A DNA stretch of 64,000 bases from positions 47,489-111,488 of the forward strand of contig CAYTOI010000002.1 in assembly GCA_964439805.1 (NCBI GenBank), written 5' to 3'. The translations under genes and the position numbers were made by a program. This DNA is from an uncultured Pseudomonadales bacterium (GTDB lineage Bacteria; Patescibacteriota; Microgenomatia; UBA1400; MFAQ01). This document shows positions 17,904 to 27,870 of this stretch, piece after piece (positions within the stretch are counted from its first letter, which is position 1; each line of letters opens with the position of its first letter). A model generated the notes under the pieces. The model saw nothing but the letters and a program-made list of their open reading frames with translations. It was not told the DNA's origin and searched no databases.

Positions 17904-18988
17904 TCCTAAAAATTATCAGGGGGGCGTTTTTGAACCCATTTGAACTGCAAAATTTTTATGGACTGGAGGAGGGGAACGATGTGCAGGTGATCTCGTCCAA
18001 GCGGCCATTAAACTCAAAAATAAACTTACCTCTCAAAAAACTTTGGTCACCAGCCGATCTCCCAAACTTCCCATTCAAATACCCAATTTTAAACAGACTC
18101 TTTGTCGACGCCCAAATACTTTTTGGTCTAGAAAAAGTCATTAAAGGAGCTGACATTGTCCATGTAGCCGAAACATATTTTGGTTATACCTACCAAGCGA
18201 TTATGGCAAAGCGGAAAGGCTTGGTCAAAAAAGTAATCACCACAGTCTGGGAAACCATTCCTTTCAACAACCAGTCCCTACGCGGCCGAAAAATGGCAAA
18301 GATTTACGCAAGAGAAAATATAGATCACTTCATTGCTGTTACCGAAAAGGCAAAAAAAACTCTCATCAAAGAGGGGATTAAAGAAGAAAAAATAACCGTA
18401 ATCCCTATGGGAGTAGATCTCAATAGATTTAAACCCAGACCAAATCTCAAAAACAAAAGAACTATAAACATCCTCTGTGTGGCCAGATTGGTCCCCGAAA
18501 AAGGAGTCCTGACTCTTCTCAAAGCTTTTTTGCATATTCGCAAAAGAAACAATAACGTCACTCTTACTTTTGTGGGTGATGGACCCTTAAAGCCAGAGCT
18601 TAAGGGCTACAAAGGAGTTTTTGTAAAAAGCGTACCCTACAACAAAATGCCGGAAGAATACTCTAGCGCTGACATCCTTTGTCTTCCTAGCCATACCACT
18701 GCTACCTGGGAAGAACAGTTTGGTATGTGCCTTGTAGAAGCCATGGCCACAGGACTACCTATAGTTTCTACCAAAACTGGAGCTATCCCAGAAGTCTGTG
18801 GGACTGTGGCCAGCCTTGTAACCGCTAGCAACGCCCATAGCTTGGCAGTCAGCCTGGAGAAATTAATTTATAATAAGGACTTGAGAACAAAAATTGGTAT
18901 AAACGCCAAAAAGAGAGCTGAAGAGCTTTACGATAGAGAAAAAATAACCAAAAAAATCAAAGAGATCTACAAACTTGTATGTCGATAA
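17900..18988 (+). CDS. Glycosyltransferase family 4
   Basis: ARLVPEKG, EQFGMCLVEAMATGLPIV. Confidence 0.93.
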   Translation: MILKIIRGAFLNPFELQNFYGLEEGNDVQVISSKRPLNSKINLPLKKLWSPADLPNFPFKYPILNRLFVDAQILFGLEKVIKGADIVHVAETYFGYTYQAIMAKRKGLVKKVITTVWETIPFNNQSLRGRKMAKIYARENIDHFIAVTEKAKKTLIKEGIKEEKITVIPMGVDLNRFKPRPNLKNKRTINILCVARLVPEKGVLTLLKAFLHIRKRNNNVTLTFVGDGPLKPELKGYKGVFVKSVPYNKMPEEYSSADILCLPSHTTATWEEQFGMCLVEAMATGLPIVSTKTGAIPEVCGTVASLVTASNAHSLAVSLEKLIYNKDLRTKIGINAKKRAEELYDREKITKKIKEIYKLVCR

Positions 18989-20277
18989 AAAGCTTACTAA
19001 TCAAAAATTCTTTCTTTAACCTTCTGGGTTATTTTTATCTTTTGATAGTCAGTTTTGTTTCTGTTTCCATATTTTTAGGAAGTTTTGGCCGCGACGTCTT
19101 TGGAGTTTATTTGTTTTTGGCATCTTTTGTCCCCATGGCTTCTGTTTTTGACTTTGGTGTTTCTATTGCCGTAATCAGAGAGCTTTCGCTCCCAAGTGCC
19201 ACAAAAGAATCAAAAATAAAAGTCTGGAGAACTGCCTTAGCCATTTTTATCGCCGAAGCCTTACTTCTTGTGGCCGTGTTTTCTGGACTTTTGCTTTATC
19301 TCTCCTCTCACATGCCCTTGCTACAAATAGTGAGTAAAAACATTGTGTTGCCTAGTATTTTTGTCTTAACCTTTACGATTTTTGTAAACCACCTAAATAA
19401 CTTGATGCTTAGTGTCCCTCAGGCCAATCAACGTTTTGATATCTTTAATTCAAAAACTTTTATTGTTGGAACAGCTAACACTCTTTTGTCAGCTTTTTTG
19501 AGCACTTACACCCACAACATTCTGCATCTGTTTATTTTGCAGCTAGTCTTTAATCTCGTCACTTTTGTTTATATTTCTATTTATGTCAAAAACGTGTTTG
19601 GTTCAAAAAACTTATTACCTGAGTACAACAGGGAACAGGCCAAGTCATTGCTTGGTTACGGCCTTAAGAATTTTGTTGGTACCCTCGCTAGTCAAATGGA
19701 GTCTCAAGTTTCCAAGTTTTTTCTGGGGTTCCTCTCTTCTGCCCAATCTATAACTGCATTTAGCATTCCCCAAAATATTGTTAGTAAAGCAGCCGGAATA
19801 GTTTCCCAGCTTGCTCAAGCCTTTTTTCCACTTTCAGCTTCTCTCCTGGAAAAAGATAGAATCCACAAACTCAAGAAACTATTTTTTGGTTTGCAATTTA
19901 TTATTTTATTGGGTGGAATTCTATCTGTAGTAGTCACTAATAATTTTGGTGTTCCTTTTCTCACTTGGTGGCTCAAAGACTCTGTAGTTGTAGATCTAGC
20001 TTATCCAGTTTTACAGGTAATGTGCTGGTACTTTGTATTAGTTTCTCTTACCCCACTTCCAACCGCCTTGGTCCAAAGCTTGGGCAAGCCACAAGTGTCC
20101 AGTTTCTTTGCCGTTCTTAGTATTACGTGCGAAATAATTGGTATGGCTTATTATATTCCTAGGTACGCTTCCCTTGGAGCAGCCTTTTCCTTTTTCTTCG
20201 GTGCCGTTGTCTCCATTCCTCCCTTTCTAATCTATACCGTCTATTTGCTTAATCAGAAAATAAATGAGTACCAATAG
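18979..20277 (+). CDS. Wzx-like polysaccharide flippase
   Basis: About 12 TMs, DFG motif, cluster context. Confidence 0.85.
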   Translation: MSIKSLLIKNSFFNLLGYFYLLIVSFVSVSIFLGSFGRDVFGVYLFLASFVPMASVFDFGVSIAVIRELSLPSATKESKIKVWRTALAIFIAEALLLVAVFSGLLLYLSSHMPLLQIVSKNIVLPSIFVLTFTIFVNHLNNLMLSVPQANQRFDIFNSKTFIVGTANTLLSAFLSTYTHNILHLFILQLVFNLVTFVYISIYVKNVFGSKNLLPEYNREQAKSLLGYGLKNFVGTLASQMESQVSKFFLGFLSSAQSITAFSIPQNIVSKAAGIVSQLAQAFFPLSASLLEKDRIHKLKKLFFGLQFIILLGGILSVVVTNNFGVPFLTWWLKDSVVVDLAYPVLQVMCWYFVLVSLTPLPTALVQSLGKPQVSSFFAVLSITCEIIGMAYYIPRYASLGAAFSFFFGAVVSIPPFLIYTVYLLNQKINEYQ

Positions 20278-20950
20278 CTACCTCATAAATAGTAAAAAAT
20301 TTAAGTGGGGACCAGGAAGTATCAGTCTAAACCCAGATAAGGTGCTGCTCCTAAAAAAGTTTGCCGTGGGCAGCTGCTTGGATGTGGGTACTGGAAGTGG
20401 AATATACGCTAACTACTTGTACTCCGAGAGCCACTACACAGTAGGAGTGGATAACGAAATCCAGTTTGTCAAAAAAGCGCAAAAAAACTACAAAAGTATT
20501 ACTTTCAAAAAAGCAGACGCCTGCAACCTTCCTTTCAAAGACAATCAGTTTGACACTCTTGTAGCTTTTGACATCTTGGAACACCTAGACGACGAGAAGG
20601 CTCTAGAAGAATTTTTTCGAGTCGCCAAGAGAGTGGTCTTTTCTGTTCCCCACAAAAATCAAAAGATACTAGAAGAATATGGGCTCTCTCACTCGCATTA
20701 CCTAGACAATACTCACAAAAGAGTCTACGACAAAAAGGCTATTACAATCATTGCCAAAAAAAATAAACTTCAAGTTGTCTTGTTAAAAAATTCATTGCCC
20801 ATCAGTGTCTCTGGGTTATTAATTGAAAGACTCTCCAAAGGAAATCTTCTTAAAAAATATCTTCTCAAAGTAATTCTTAAACCTTTCTTGCCAGAGCCAC
20901 CCATCTACTCCACTGTTTTTGGAGTTTTAGAAAAAGCCAAAAGCAAATGA
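20264..20950 (+). CDS. Class I SAM-dependent methyltransferase
   Basis: LDVGTGSG, ADACNLPF, ILEHL. Confidence 0.9.
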   Translation: MSTNSYLINSKKFKWGPGSISLNPDKVLLLKKFAVGSCLDVGTGSGIYANYLYSESHYTVGVDNEIQFVKKAQKNYKSITFKKADACNLPFKDNQFDTLVAFDILEHLDDEKALEEFFRVAKRVVFSVPHKNQKILEEYGLSHSHYLDNTHKRVYDKKAITIIAKKNKLQVVLLKNSLPISVSGLLIERLSKGNLLKKYLLKVILKPFLPEPPIYSTVFGVLEKAKSK

Positions 20951-22041
20951 AAGTAGCCGTGTATTACGATCTGCCTTTTGGTGGAGCAAGTGTCGCTATG
21001 ACAGAAATAATTTCCGAATTAAGGAAAAGACATGAAATTGTTGAGTATCGTAATTTAGAAAACAATAAAATTAGCTTACCTCCAGCCAGGCTTTGGAAAG
21101 ACATTGAATCAATTGTTCTTCAATATTTTAAACAGCAAAAACAAGCAGAAATTATAAATAGTCAATACTTTGACCTTGTCTTTGTTTGCCACGACCGCCA
21201 CTTTCAATCCCCATGGATTTTAAGATTTCTAAGTAAGCCTACAGTATTTCTTTGTCAGGAACCTACCAGAGCTTTTTTTGAAAAGTTTTTGGATATCGAT
21301 CCAACCTTGCCGTTACTGAACAGACTTTACGAAAGACTAAATAGAATAATTAGAAAAGGAATAGAAATAAAAAACGCTTCTTTTGCTACAAAAATAATTG
21401 CCAACTCCAACTTTTCCAGAGAGTCCATCAAAAACGCCTATGGCATAGACTCCACTCCAATTTACATGGGGGTAAACACCGCCAAATTCTTTCCTCAAAA
21501 ACTAAAAATAAAAAATCAAGTAGTGGTGGTAGGGAACAACGAACCTCAAAAAAACCTCTCACTTGCCATTTTGTCCGTCGCTGCCATAGAGAAAAAAATA
21601 AGACCAAATTTGGTAATAATCTCACCCAGAGCACGAATTAATTCCGACCTAAAAAGCTTAGCCAAAAAGAGTAAAGTAGTTTTGGACATTCAAACCAGTA
21701 TCGAAACCAAAGATGTCCAAAAAATTTATGGAGAATCCAATTGCTTACTTGCAGTTGCCAAGTTTGAACCCTTTGGGCTTTCGGTAATAGAAAGCTTGGC
21801 TTGTGGCACTCCAGTAGTGGCAATAAACGAAGGAGGTTTTAAAGAAACTGTAGTTAATAACTCTACCGGATTTCTGGTAGCTCCTGATAAAAAAGAAATT
21901 GGTAATGCCATAACCAAGCTAATAAAGAACTCCAATTTAAGAGAAAAAATGGGCAAGCAGGGGATAGAGGATATAAATAAGAGATTTTTATGGCCAAGTT
22001 TAGTTAAAAAAATAGAGAAGTTATTTTATGAAATTGCCTAA
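20947..22041 (+). CDS. Glycosyltransferase family 4
   Basis: EPFGLSVIESLACGTPVV. Confidence 0.92.
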   Translation: MKVAVYYDLPFGGASVAMTEIISELRKRHEIVEYRNLENNKISLPPARLWKDIESIVLQYFKQQKQAEIINSQYFDLVFVCHDRHFQSPWILRFLSKPTVFLCQEPTRAFFEKFLDIDPTLPLLNRLYERLNRIIRKGIEIKNASFATKIIANSNFSRESIKNAYGIDSTPIYMGVNTAKFFPQKLKIKNQVVVVGNNEPQKNLSLAILSVAAIEKKIRPNLVIISPRARINSDLKSLAKKSKVVLDIQTSIETKDVQKIYGESNCLLAVAKFEPFGLSVIESLACGTPVVAINEGGFKETVVNNSTGFLVAPDKKEIGNAITKLIKNSNLREKMGKQGIEDINKRFLWPSLVKKIEKLFYEIA

Positions 22042-23494
22042 GATTGGAGCGGTAGTCGTTAACTACAACAATCCAGAATCAACCAGAGAAACTTTAAGTT
22101 CTTTGTTGCAGCAAAGTAACAAGAAAGAGTTTGAACTAAAAATTTATTTGATAAACAATGGCTGCACTGATACGGATTCAGCAAATTTAGCTGAAGAGTT
22201 CGAGTCAGTAATCTTGCTAGAATCAAAAACAAATTTAGGTTTTGCTGGGGGAAATAACCTGGGGATCAAAAAGGCTTTGGTAAATAGGTGCGATTATTTA
22301 TTGATAGTCAATAACGACGTTACCATTCTTTCTGATAATTTTTTTGAAACTTTGCTAAAGTCTACCTCCGACATTACCGCTCCCCTAATAGAATACAAGC
22401 GAGAAGGAAAAACTATTTATGACTTTGGTGGGAAGGTGGATTTACTCTTCGGGCGCAATACTCATCTGACCAAGGCAGGCAAGCCAGATTATTTTTCTGG
22501 GGCGTGTCTCTTTGTAAAAAGTCAGGTTTTCAAAAAACTAATAGGATTCGATGAGAAATTCTTTCTCTACTACGAAGACGTCGATTTTTGCTTAAGGGCC
22601 AAATGCGCTGGGTTTACCCTAGGGCAAGCTGTTAACGCCAAAGTTTTTCACTTGCTCTCCGACTCTACTAACAAACTTGGTGTCAAGAAAATAAAAATTC
22701 TGGCTGCTAGCCACCTCAGGTTTTGCCTGAAGCATTTAAGTATTTTTTCCTTTCCACTGTATTATTTCTTTAATCTTTATTTAAATTCCAAGCGAATAGC
22801 GCCTTATGTCTCTTGGAAATCCTACGAAATGTATAAGTCAGCTTATCCATTCTTAAACAGAGTCTATTGTTTTTTAAACAACACTCCTCAAATCCATCTA
22901 ATAGGGGATAGTCACACCTGGTCCTACTACTATCATCACCCCTTTCTGGTTCATCATCTTGGTGCAGCCACAGCCTACAATCTAGGGAATCCGAATTCCT
23001 CCACAAATTCTTATCAAGAATTAATGAACCTTCTTCCAAAAATCAATAAGAGTAAAGACCTTCTGTTATTTGAGTTGGGAGAAATAGATTGCCGTGTTCA
23101 CATCTACAACCAATACTGCAAAGGGAATAAAAAGCAAAAAATAAGCACCATTATTGCGCTTACGGTAGAAAAGTATCTTGCTGTTTTGGATAAACTTATC
23201 TCACAGGGTTACAAAGTATCTGTCCTCAGCCCCACACCCACAGGCACCGAAAAAAATATTTACCACAAGCCTTTTTTTGCCGATTTTAAACTCAGAGCAG
23301 AAATAACCAGAGACTTTCACCAAAAACTAAAGCTAGAGGCGAAAAAAAGAAATATTCCTTACATAAACCTTTTTGAAAAAGTGGTGAGTAAAGATGGGGG
23401 GATAAAGAAAGTTTACAGAGCCGACGAAGTCCATTTAAATTCCAAGGTGGTTCCCTTTACCTTGAGTATAATAAAAACTAATGCAACCAAATAA
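22028..23494 (+). CDS. GT2 glycosyltransferase fused to an SGNH/GDSL-like domain
   Basis: N-terminal NLGFAGGNN, FLYYEDVDFC; C-terminal IGDSH, GEIDCR, DEVHLN. Confidence 0.85.
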   Translation: MKLPKIGAVVVNYNNPESTRETLSSLLQQSNKKEFELKIYLINNGCTDTDSANLAEEFESVILLESKTNLGFAGGNNLGIKKALVNRCDYLLIVNNDVTILSDNFFETLLKSTSDITAPLIEYKREGKTIYDFGGKVDLLFGRNTHLTKAGKPDYFSGACLFVKSQVFKKLIGFDEKFFLYYEDVDFCLRAKCAGFTLGQAVNAKVFHLLSDSTNKLGVKKIKILAASHLRFCLKHLSIFSFPLYYFFNLYLNSKRIAPYVSWKSYEMYKSAYPFLNRVYCFLNNTPQIHLIGDSHTWSYYYHHPFLVHHLGAATAYNLGNPNSSTNSYQELMNLLPKINKSKDLLLFELGEIDCRVHIYNQYCKGNKKQKISTIIALTVEKYLAVLDKLISQGYKVSVLSPTPTGTEKNIYHKPFFADFKLRAEITRDFHQKLKLEAKKRNIPYINLFEKVVSKDGGIKKVYRADEVHLNSKVVPFTLSIIKTNATK

Positions 23495-24614
23495 AGAAAG
23501 GTTTACCAAGTTAGACGGACTAAGGGGCTTACTCTCTCTGGTCGTAGCTCTCAATCACTCTTTTTTAATTCTTTTAATTCCTGCCTTTGCCAATGTCTGG
23601 GAACAAAACATTTTTGCCTTTAACGATTTCCAGTCTAAGATTCAGCAAATATTTATGCTTCTTGGTAATGGTGGAGTAGCTGTTACCATGTTTTTTGTTT
23701 TGTCTGGTCTGGTTATGGGTCAGTCTCTCAAAAAAATAGAGCCAAGCCTCTCTGGAGTTCTCGGGTTCTATGTAAAACGCATGACTCGCTTGTATCCTGC
23801 TTACTTCTTCTTAATAGTCTTCTCAGCCCTCTACATGCGTCTAGGCTTTGTCTATCGCACTTATCCGGTAGCTTCTTCCTGGTTTCACTGGTGGATGAAC
23901 TTTGAAATGACTCTGTCCGAGTTTTTCCGCAACGCCTACTTTGCCAGTATTTCTCTAGGCGGCATTACCTGGACGCTAAGAGTTATTGTTATCGCTTCAT
24001 TTATTTTTCCAGTTTTTTACTTTTTGACAAAAAATACTTCAAAGTATATTGACCTTGCCCTTACGGCACTTCTTATCTATTTGAGTTTCACTCTCTTAAA
24101 TATTGCAGGCTTTAGAGATCTTCGATATCTATATATGTTTTTTGCTGGGCTTATCTTACCCAAATTCAGGTCTCTGTTTGAAAATTTCCCTAAGTGGTTA
24201 TTTTTTGTCACCCTTCCAATTTGTCTTTATGTGATGTTGGATCTTAGGTATATGAGTGATGAGTACATAGGTGGACTTGGTGAAGCTGTAGTCGCTTGGT
24301 TTTACCTAGGACTAATGGCCTACAACCACAAAGAGACAATCTTTAACTTTTTGGACTCCAAGTTTTTACAATTTTTTGGCAAAATCTCTTACAGCCTTTA
24401 TCTTATTCACTTTTCTGTGCTTTATATCTTTGCTAAGATCGTCTTGGACTACCTCCCAAATCTTCCCTATGCCCACAACTATGTGGCCATCCACTTAATG
24501 TTCTTTGTCTTCTCTACCATTCTTGCTACCTACCTATCAATATTTATGAATAAGTTCGTAGAAGAGCCGTCGGTGAAGCTGGCTAGTTTCATTAGTGAAA
24601 AGTTCAAAAGATGA
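23481..24614 (+). CDS. Acyltransferase-3 family membrane O-acyltransferase
   Basis: LDGLRG, FFVLSG, R..RLYP, WTL, GKISYSLYLIH, VEEP. Confidence 0.93.
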   Translation: MQPNKERFTKLDGLRGLLSLVVALNHSFLILLIPAFANVWEQNIFAFNDFQSKIQQIFMLLGNGGVAVTMFFVLSGLVMGQSLKKIEPSLSGVLGFYVKRMTRLYPAYFFLIVFSALYMRLGFVYRTYPVASSWFHWWMNFEMTLSEFFRNAYFASISLGGITWTLRVIVIASFIFPVFYFLTKNTSKYIDLALTALLIYLSFTLLNIAGFRDLRYLYMFFAGLILPKFRSLFENFPKWLFFVTLPICLYVMLDLRYMSDEYIGGLGEAVVAWFYLGLMAYNHKETIFNFLDSKFLQFFGKISYSLYLIHFSVLYIFAKIVLDYLPNLPYAHNYVAIHLMFFVFSTILATYLSIFMNKFVEEPSVKLASFISEKFKR

Positions 24615-25291
24615 AGCTCTCCATTGTTGTTATTACTAATAAAGAAAAGTTAAACGATCATTTTTTGGAGCTCCTAAAATTTGGAGATGAACTGATTGTT
24701 GAGTATAGTAAAACCTTAGAAAGTTTTGCGGAAAAAAGAAACAAGGCGTTAGCCAAAGCAAAAGGGGACTGGGTACTATTTGTGGATGATGATGAAATAG
24801 TAAGCCGTGAGCTTGCTGAGGAAATTTTGCTGGCTATCAATTCTCCCATATTTTCAGGTTTTAACTTAAAGAGGGTTGACACAGTATTTAACGAAGAGCA
24901 GAAACACGGAGAAGTCGGTAATATAAAAATTTTAAGACTAGCAAAGAAAAAGTCCGGTGAATTTAAACGTAGTGTCCACGAAGTTTGGAAAATCCAAGGC
25001 AAAATAAAAACTCTAAAAAACCCTCTTTACCATATTAAAGATAGTTTTGTTTCTGAGTTTATCAGTAGAATGAGCTTTTACGGTCCGCTAGACGCTGCCA
25101 GCCTCAAATCAGAAAACAAAAACTTTTCGTACTTTAAACTTTTGTTTTTGCCTGTAGCCAAGTTTGTAAATAACTATATTGTCAAAGAAGGCTACAGGGA
25201 TGGTTACCCAGGACTTTTTCTTTCTTACCTTATGAGTATTCAGTCACTATCCGTCAGAATTTTTCAAAAAGAACTAAATGAAGCAAAATAA
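24611..25291 (+). CDS. Glycosyltransferase family 2 (KdtX-like)
   Basis: FAEKRN, WVLFVDDDE, VHE, GYRDG. Confidence 0.88.
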   Translation: MKLSIVVITNKEKLNDHFLELLKFGDELIVEYSKTLESFAEKRNKALAKAKGDWVLFVDDDEIVSRELAEEILLAINSPIFSGFNLKRVDTVFNEEQKHGEVGNIKILRLAKKKSGEFKRSVHEVWKIQGKIKTLKNPLYHIKDSFVSEFISRMSFYGPLDAASLKSENKNFSYFKLLFLPVAKFVNNYIVKEGYRDGYPGLFLSYLMSIQSLSVRIFQKELNEAK

Positions 25292-26345
25292 ATATCTGCT
25301 TTATCTTATTATCCTAGTTTGGCCCTTTGGCTTGCTACTAAGAGGGGAGTTTGGATTTTTAGCTAAACCAGTTTATTTGCTCGATATTCTAGTGGGCTTG
25401 GTTTTTGTAGTTTCAAATTTTGACAAAAAATTTAGAATAGAGGCTAAAAAAGACTCTCTGTTTAAACCCCTCTCAATTTTTATTCTTGCCCTAACAGTTT
25501 CACTTCTTGCCAATTTAAATAGATTATCTTCTTTGGAGCTAACGGTTTCGCTTCAATACTTGTTAAGAGTTATTGTCTATCCAGTTCTGTACTTTGTAGC
25601 CAAAAACAATAAGAGTAGGGATTTGCAGTTATTGTCTTTTATCTCAGCACTGTTATTTATTGCCTTTGGACTTCTGCAATATTTTTTACTTCCCGACCTA
25701 AGATTCCTAAAAAATCTGGGTTTTGACGATCACTTGTATCGGCTAGCGGGAACCTTTGCTGACCCCAATTTTGCTGGGGCAATACTGGCCAGTCTCTCTC
25801 TTGTATTTCTATCCCTCAATCAGTACTTATTGCTCTTGGTAAGCTTATTATCTCTCGCCCTTACTTTTTCCCGAGCCTCTTATCTTGCCTTTGTTGTTGG
25901 GCTGATTCTATATGTAATTTTAAATAAAAAATATAAGGCGCTAGCCATAATGGGTTTTTTGTCAGTTGCTATTTTTCTTTCGCCTAAGCCTTTTGGAGAA
26001 GGGGTAAATTTGCTACGTACTGTGTCCATTTTTTCTAGACTAGAAAACGTTAAAGAAGGAATCATCTTGTTTCAACAAAAGCCAGTTTTTGGCTGGGGTT
26101 ATAACACTTTAAATGCAAGCCTTAGTAATAGTTTTGTGTTTATCCTTGCTACCTCTGGAGTAGTGGGCTTTGTTGCCTTCTTAAACTTACTCAAATCTGT
26201 TTACCTCAATAGTTCTAACACTTCCAAAGTAATATTGGTGGCTTTACTGACACACTCACTGTTTAACAATACCTTTTTCTTTATCTACGCCCTATCTTTT
26301 TTCTGGATAACTCTGGCTCTTATGGAGTATAAGAAACCTTTATAG
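25278..26345 (+). CDS. O-antigen ligase / oligosaccharyltransferase-like membrane protein
   Basis: RLAGTFADPN, LTFSRAS, PVFGWG. Confidence 0.85.
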   Translation: MKQNKYLLYLIILVWPFGLLLRGEFGFLAKPVYLLDILVGLVFVVSNFDKKFRIEAKKDSLFKPLSIFILALTVSLLANLNRLSSLELTVSLQYLLRVIVYPVLYFVAKNNKSRDLQLLSFISALLFIAFGLLQYFLLPDLRFLKNLGFDDHLYRLAGTFADPNFAGAILASLSLVFLSLNQYLLLLVSLLSLALTFSRASYLAFVVGLILYVILNKKYKALAIMGFLSVAIFLSPKPFGEGVNLLRTVSIFSRLENVKEGIILFQQKPVFGWGYNTLNASLSNSFVFILATSGVVGFVAFLNLLKSVYLNSSNTSKVILVALLTHSLFNNTFFFIYALSFFWITLALMEYKKPL

Positions 26346-27009
26346 TTTGCTCATCCACATTTCCAGCTTTGTCCGAAGCTACAATCTTCAATATATTTTC
26401 TCCGTCCTTTAGCTGAATTCTTTGGACAAAGCTTCCGTCTTTATTGACATCCACAAAAGAATTGTTAGCCATTACCTGGGCGTTACTCTTGCTTGTCTTC
26501 CCTGTAATCTCTATTGATTGGCTGCTCTTTCCGATGTACTCAGTACCTTCTTTGGGAGAGGTAACTGTGAGGACTATTGGCTCTTTGTCGACGTTAATTA
26601 TTTTTATCTCAGATAGACTAGAGTTGTTGGCAGCGTCTACTGCTCGGATCTGAACTCTATTGGCTCCTGCACTAAGGTCAGCATTAAAAGAAAAAGATCC
26701 ATCTTCTTTGGACTTGTCTGCTTTGTTTAGAGTATCGTTTACCATCAGCTCTAGGTCAGCTCCTGCTTCTGTATAGCCTTCTATGGTAACCATGGCGGTA
26801 TTTGTCGCTTCTGGGACAGCTGAGAGTATGGGGGGTTGTGGGGGAATAATGTCAGTTTCGGTTTTGTTTACCGTTACTCCGTTTCCGGCAATAACTTTTA
26901 TAAACAGCGGGAATCCCCACTTTATCATTACAAAAATAAAAACAATTGAAAGGAGAAAATAAAAGCGAGACTTGTTTCCTTCTTGCGATTTTCTGTATCT
27001 GCCTATCAT
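26320..27009 (-). CDS. Membrane-anchored Ig-like domain protein
   Basis: TM plus two Ig-like repeats (GAN...DAANN; GEN...DKAGN); TATACT 6 nt before ATG 27009. Confidence 0.8.
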   Translation of the reverse strand: MIGRYRKSQEGNKSRFYFLLSIVFIFVMIKWGFPLFIKVIAGNGVTVNKTETDIIPPQPPILSAVPEATNTAMVTIEGYTEAGADLELMVNDTLNKADKSKEDGSFSFNADLSAGANRVQIRAVDAANNSSLSEIKIINVDKEPIVLTVTSPKEGTEYIGKSSQSIEITGKTSKSNAQVMANNSFVDVNKDGSFVQRIQLKDGENILKIVASDKAGNVDEQTIKVSYTP

Positions 27010-27046
27010 GCCTCTAGTATAAGGCATAAAGTATAATTGTTCCTGT

Positions 27047-27117
27047 GCGGGTATAGTTCACCGGTAGAATGCTTCCTTCCCAAGGAAGAGAAGTGGGTCC
27101 GATTCCCATTACCCGCT
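27047..27117 (+). tRNA. tRNA-Gly(CCC)
   Basis: GCGGGTA/TACCCGC acceptor stem, CTTCC-TTCCCAA-GGAAG anticodon arm; T loop TCCGATT; CCA not encoded. Confidence 0.92.
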
Positions 27118-27120
27118 CAC

Positions 27121-27213
27121 AAAAAAGTCAGACCCTTGTGGTCTGATTTTTTGGTAAGTGAGCAAAGAATCGGACCTGACGGAAGCAAGCTCTTACTCCG
27201 GTATCCCGCTCAC
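27121..27213 (+). repeat. Terminator plus tRNA-derived inverted and direct repeat
   Basis: Hairpin 27121-27152; GTGAGC..GAATCGGACC (inverse of the tRNA 3' half); CCCGCTCAC direct copy at 27205. Confidence 0.7.
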
Positions 27214-27219
27214 TAATAC

Positions 27220-27705
27220 TTACTCTGTTACCTTACAGATTTCGAAAGCGTGAACAAATACTAATTCATCCATATATTTAATTGTTTCGAGAGCTCTTGT
27301 AAGATTGAATGAAGGAAAAGAATCGGTTATTTGGTAGGAATATCGCCACTCCCCATCCGGGCTTGGAAGGCACTCGTCAAACAGTCTTGTATTTCCCCCT
27401 AATTCACCAACCTTATTTATTAAGTACTTTATTACATCCTTTTCAGATATGCCTAGCTTAGATAAAATTTCATCTTTAGCAACCCCACCTGCATATAATC
27501 GTGTAATTGTTTCATCACCAGTAGTTGCAAGTTCCTGTCCGCCACCAGTTTTTGTTGGAAGCCACTCATCGTGATAGCTTCCTTCTGGTCCTTTGTAGTC
27601 ACTTACTTTTAAGGTAAAATCCCCTCTGGTTGTGGTTGTAACATCAGTATGTCCAGCATATCCTTCACCTAAACCCTTAGTTAAAATTTCTTTTCCACTT
27701 GTCAT
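27220..27705 (-). CDS. Hypothetical protein (DUF5680-like)
   Basis: GYAG...YHDEW...GGGQE...YAGG pattern. Confidence 0.65.
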   Translation of the reverse strand: MTSGKEILTKGLGEGYAGHTDVTTTTRGDFTLKVSDYKGPEGSYHDEWLPTKTGGGQELATTGDETITRLYAGGVAKDEILSKLGISEKDVIKYLINKVGELGGNTRLFDECLPSPDGEWRYSYQITDSFPSFNLTRALETIKYMDELVFVHAFEICKVTE

Positions 27706-27870
27706 TTCTGTATCTTATCAAATTTGCCATATCTCAATGAATAGTCAAATTTGGTTTGATCGCGTTCATGCCTCAGAAGACTAGATATGGCCAATAATCA
27801 TTTCGAGCCAATTACCCAGTAGTCCACAAAAAACCGCCCCTTTTGAGGCGGTTTTAATTTCGAAAATAAA

